In this document: one piece after another, positions 60,588 to 64,000 of the stretch
How positions within the stretch are numbered: position 1 is the stretch's first letter
Layout: every line of letters begins with the position of its first letter
Assembly (NCBI GenBank): GCA_052145195.1
Contig: JBKQPC010000030.1
Location: forward strand, 69,398 to 133,397
Reading direction: 5' to 3'
Origin: Terracidiphilus sp.
GTDB taxonomy: Bacteria > Acidobacteriota > Terriglobia > Terriglobales > Acidobacteriaceae
DNA: 64,000 nt
Position numbers and translations under genes: made by a program
Notes under the pieces: generated by a model
The model's input: only the letters and a program-made list of their open reading frames with translations
Databases searched by the model: none
Told to the model about the DNA's origin: nothing

Positions 60588-62018
60588 CTAGAACAAGTTC
60601 CAAAGTGACTGGTTGTAGACTTCGTGGTGGAATTGCACCTCGCAGCCCTTGACGATGGTGCCCAGCTCGCGCGGGCAGCGGTTGGCCGCGGCATGCTTCA
60701 GCTCGGCATAGCGGCCCTGCACGTCTCCGCCCAGAATCTTCTTGATCCACTCCGAAGACTCGAAGTCCGCGGTTGCCTTCTGGATGTTGTCGGGCAGGTA
60801 GCGGCCGCCGGCGCGCAGGTCCTTCGCCTTGGAGATCTCGCCGTCGAGGCCGGTCTTGAAGATGCCGTAGAGCGAGAGGTAGGGATTGGCGTCAGGAGCC
60901 ACGGCGCGAACCTCGGTCCTCATCGACCGATGGTTGCCGATGGGCACCCTGATCATGGCTCCGCGGTCAACGGCCGAGGCGCGAATCTGGTTGGGCGCCT
61001 CGAAGTGCGGGTCCAGCCGCCGGTAGGCGTTCACGCTGGAGTTGAAGATCAGGCACAGGTCCAGCGCGCTGGTCAGAATGCGGTCAAGGAAGTCCCAGCC
61101 GAACTTCGATAGCTGCTCCTCGCCCTTCTCATCCCAGAAGAGGTTGGTCTTACCCTTGGAGACCGAGACGTTGGTATGCATGCCGCTGCCGTTGATGCCG
61201 ACAACCGGCTTGGGCAGGTAGCAGGCCGTGAAGCCTAAATTGTTGGCGATCTGGCGGGTGAGCAGCTTGTAGAGCTGAATCTGGTCGGCCGCGGCCACCG
61301 CTTCTGCATAGCTGTAGTTGATTTCGAATTGGCTGGGGGCAACTTCCGGATGATCCTTCTCGTTCTGGAAGCCCATGGCGCGTTGCACTTCCGCCGAGGT
61401 GTCGATGAACTGGCGCAGCGGATCGAGCGGCAGCGAGTGGTAGTAGCCGCCGGTGGAGATGAACTCGAACTTGCCGGTCAGATGGTAGTTGCGCTCGGCG
61501 TCCTTGCCCGCGAAGACGAAGCCTTCGATCTCGCTGGCGGTGTTCAGGGTGTAGCCGTTTTTCTTGAACTGCTCCTCGGCATAGCCCTTGAGCACGCCGC
61601 GCAGATCGCCCGAGTATGGCGTGCCGTCCTTGTCGATGACGTTGCCGAAGACCAGCACCTTGCCGTTGCCGAAGACGTCGGCGGGCGTCCAGTAGAAGGC
61701 GCTCCAGTCTATGCCCAGGCGGAGATCGCTCTCCTTCTGCGCCGTGAAGCCGCGGATCGACGAGCCGTCGAAGGTGAGGTTCTCGTGGGCCCCGAGAATA
61801 AACTTTTTGTCGTAGTCGAGCAGGTGCAAACGGCCTTCGAGATCGGTGAACAGCACGGTCACGGCCTTGATCCGCTTCTCATCGGTCAGGTACTTCAACC
61901 GCTTCTCGCGGATTTCACCTTCCGCAATGCGATTGGCGCGGTCGGCTTTGGCTTCCAGGTTCTTGGCTTCCAGCTCCTCGTAAGTGAGAGCAAGAAAATT
62001 GCGATAGTCGGTAGGCAT
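60588..62018 (-). CDS. glnA: Glutamine synthetase family protein (type I-like)
   Basis: FDGSSIRGF, HPEVAPSQFE, PKP..NGSGMH, NAYRRL..EAP and DANPY; AAAGGAG RBS at MPTDY. Confidence 0.88.
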   Translation of the reverse strand: MPTDYRNFLALTYEELEAKNLEAKADRANRIAEGEIREKRLKYLTDEKRIKAVTVLFTDLEGRLHLLDYDKKFILGAHENLTFDGSSIRGFTAQKESDLRLGIDWSAFYWTPADVFGNGKVLVFGNVIDKDGTPYSGDLRGVLKGYAEEQFKKNGYTLNTASEIEGFVFAGKDAERNYHLTGKFEFISTGGYYHSLPLDPLRQFIDTSAEVQRAMGFQNEKDHPEVAPSQFEINYSYAEAVAAADQIQLYKLLTRQIANNLGFTACYLPKPVVGINGSGMHTNVSVSKGKTNLFWDEKGEEQLSKFGWDFLDRILTSALDLCLIFNSSVNAYRRLDPHFEAPNQIRASAVDRGAMIRVPIGNHRSMRTEVRAVAPDANPYLSLYGIFKTGLDGEISKAKDLRAGGRYLPDNIQKATADFESSEWIKKILGGDVQGRYAELKHAAANRCPRELGTIVKGCEVQFHHEVYNQSLWNLF

Positions 62019-62225
62019 GGGTCTCCTTTGGGGGCAACAATGAGGGTATATGGCTTTCGATTGAATTATAGAATTGATGCATAAGGAACCCATGAAGATT
62101 TCTCTGGGAGCGGTGGAAAATCAGGCATTTACCGGGGTTGGGCCGTCAGGGTCGTCATCGGCAAAGCCGGGACAATACGAACAATAGCTATCAGGAATAT
62201 CCGGCCACTTCGCTCATCGCGCCGA

Positions 62226-64000
62226 TCACACCAGCCCCAGTTCGCGCAGCAAAAAGGCGTAGTCCAGAGCAATCTCCTTGAGGTAATCGTAGCGCCCGCT
62301 TGCCCCGCCGTGGCCGGCCTGCATATTGGTCACCAGCAACAGCGGATGACTGTCCGTTTTGAGTGTGCGTAGTTTAGCCACGTATTTGGCCGGCTCCCAG
62401 AACATCACCTGGCTGTCGTGGAGAGAGGTCTTGACCAACATTGCCGGGTAACTCCCCGCCTTGAGATTGTCATAGGGCGAGTAGCTCAGCATATAGTGAA
62501 AATAAGCGGATTCGTTGGGATTTCCCCATTCCTCATACTCTGGAACGGTGAGCGGCAGCGAGGCATCGAGCATGGTGTTCATCACGTCCACAAAGGGCAC
62601 GTGGGAGAGAACGGCGCGGAAGAGCTGCGGCTTGAGGTTCACCACCACGCCCATCAGCAGGCCTCCGGCCGATCCGCCCTCGATGGCCACTCTTGCAGGA
62701 TCTCCGTAGTGCTCCGCGGTCAGATGCTCGACAGAGGCGATGAAGTCCGTGAAGGTGTTGCGCTTGACGAGCATCTTGCCGGCGTCGTGCCACGGCTCGC
62801 CCAGGTCGCCGCCGCCGCGAACGTGCGCATAGGCCATCACCACGCCGCGATCGAGCAAGCTCAGCCGGTTGGAGCTGAAGCCCAGCGGCAGCGAATATCC
62901 ATAAGAACCGTAGCCATAAACATAGAGCGGATTCTGGCCCGACTCGCGCTTGTCTTTTCTGTAAACCAGCGACACCGGCACCTTGACCCCGTCAGCCGCT
63001 GTGGCTTGAATGCGCTCGCTCGCGTAAAGCGTCCGATCAAAACCGCCGGGAATCTCAAGCTGCTTGAGCAAGGTCGATGCGCGCGTGGCTACGTCGTATT
63101 CGTAGACCGAAGCCGGCGTCACCAATGACTGATACGCATAGCGGAAGGTGGGCGTGTCAAAAATCCTGTTCACATGCGGCTGCGCGCTATAGGCGGGCTC
63201 GGGGAAGCTGATCTCTTCGACAGGCGTGAATTCAGGCCCAGCGCCCCGGAAGCGGCCCACGCGCAGGCGCGGCAAGCCGTCCTCGCGCTCGCAGGCGATG
63301 AAGTAATCGGCAAAGAGATCAATCTCCTCGATCATCACGCTGTCGCGGTGCGGAATCAGCTCGGTCCAGTGCTCGCGGCCCGGCGTGGACACGGGCGCGG
63401 TGACCAGGCGGAAGTTACGCCCGCGATCGTTGGTGCGGATATACCACAGGCCATTGCGATGGTCGATGGAGTACTCGTGCTCGCCCTCGCGCGGCGTAAT
63501 GATCGTGAACTGGCCCTCTGGCACGGCGGACGGAAGCACCCACGATTCGGTAGTGATGTGGCTGGCCGACTCCAGCACAATGAATTTGTCGTCGCGCGTG
63601 CGTCCCACGCCCAGGTTGAAGCGCTCGTCATCGTCCTGGTAGATCAGCACGTCGGCCGAGTGCGGTGTGTCAAGCGCATGACGCCAGAGTTGGTATTGGC
63701 GCTTCTGCTCTTTGTCCTCGACGGTGTAAAAAAACATGCGATTGTCGGCAGCCCATGTGACGGAGCCGACGCGCTCGACTTCACCGGGAAGCGTCTCGCC
63801 GGTCTCCAGGTCTTTGATGTGCAGCGTGTACTGGCGAAAGCCGGTGGTGTCGGTGGTATAGGCCAGCCAGCGGCCGTCGCGGGAAATATCAGTTGCGCCA
63901 ATGTCGAAAAAGGCGTGGCCATCGGCCAGCTGGTTGCCGTCGAGGATGACCTGCTCCGGCGCATCCGCATCCGGCCCGGAAGTCGTCCCTGGGCGGCGGC
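62226..64000 (-). CDS. ptrB: Oligopeptidase B (S9A), 5'-partial at the window edge
   Basis: Frame open to the edge; YGYGSYG, RGGG, GGSAGG, VPFVD, EWGNP, DSQV and GHGG. Confidence 0.93.
   Translation of the reverse strand, partial: RRPGTTSGPDADAPEQVILDGNQLADGHAFFDIGATDISRDGRWLAYTTDTTGFRQYTLHIKDLETGETLPGEVERVGSVTWAADNRMFFYTVEDKEQKRQYQLWRHALDTPHSADVLIYQDDDERFNLGVGRTRDDKFIVLESASHITTESWVLPSAVPEGQFTIITPREGEHEYSIDHRNGLWYIRTNDRGRNFRLVTAPVSTPGREHWTELIPHRDSVMIEEIDLFADYFIACEREDGLPRLRVGRFRGAGPEFTPVEEISFPEPAYSAQPHVNRIFDTPTFRYAYQSLVTPASVYEYDVATRASTLLKQLEIPGGFDRTLYASERIQATAADGVKVPVSLVYRKDKRESGQNPLYVYGYGSYGYSLPLGFSSNRLSLLDRGVVMAYAHVRGGGDLGEPWHDAGKMLVKRNTFTDFIASVEHLTAEHYGDPARVAIEGGSAGGLLMGVVVNLKPQLFRAVLSHVPFVDVMNTMLDASLPLTVPEYEEWGNPNESAYFHYMLSYSPYDNLKAGSYPAMLVKTSLHDSQVMFWEPAKYVAKLRTLKTDSHPLLLVTNMQAGHGGASGRYDYLKEIALDYAFLLRELGLV

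Noticed and set aside
62019-62225. glnA riboswitch or sigma-54 promoter
   Set aside because: No recognisable motif by eye

Overview
GC-rich bacterial chromosome segment, most consistent with Acidobacteriota (Terriglobia / Acidobacteriaceae-like). That call rests on a VWFA-related acidobacterial protein, an Oar-like TonB receptor, a conserved XRE type and GGGGCACCC-type REP repeats. Core genes (DEAD-box helicase, purH, kdsC, queC, queE, lolA, lolC/E, eno, gpmA, glnA, partial ptrB) are interleaved with small accessory insertions: four type II TA modules, a lone RES-domain gene, three DUF4386 genes and a Zn-ribbon + 2TM pair. There is also a dense signalling block (EAL PDE, two duplicated GGDEF cyclases, Ser/Thr kinase, MASE1-PP2C, RsbW/RsbV, orphan GvpL/F). 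No tRNA, rRNA, CRISPR array, integrase or transposase was recognised. The most notable unexplained structures are: (1) a two-gene insert bracketed by a duplicated lolA 3' end and headed by an ABC-permease C-terminal remnant (NPIEALRHE*); (2) a ~440-nt structured leader on the DEAD-box helicase; (3) a candidate Zn-ribbon/2TM defence pair; (4) an orphan GvpL/F beside a partner-switching module; (5) a split MgtE-sensor/NRMT transporter pair; (6) a shared 19-bp operator-like motif; and (7) widespread leaderless TANNNT-N5-7-start architecture. All family calls come from motif recognition by eye; no database searches were run.
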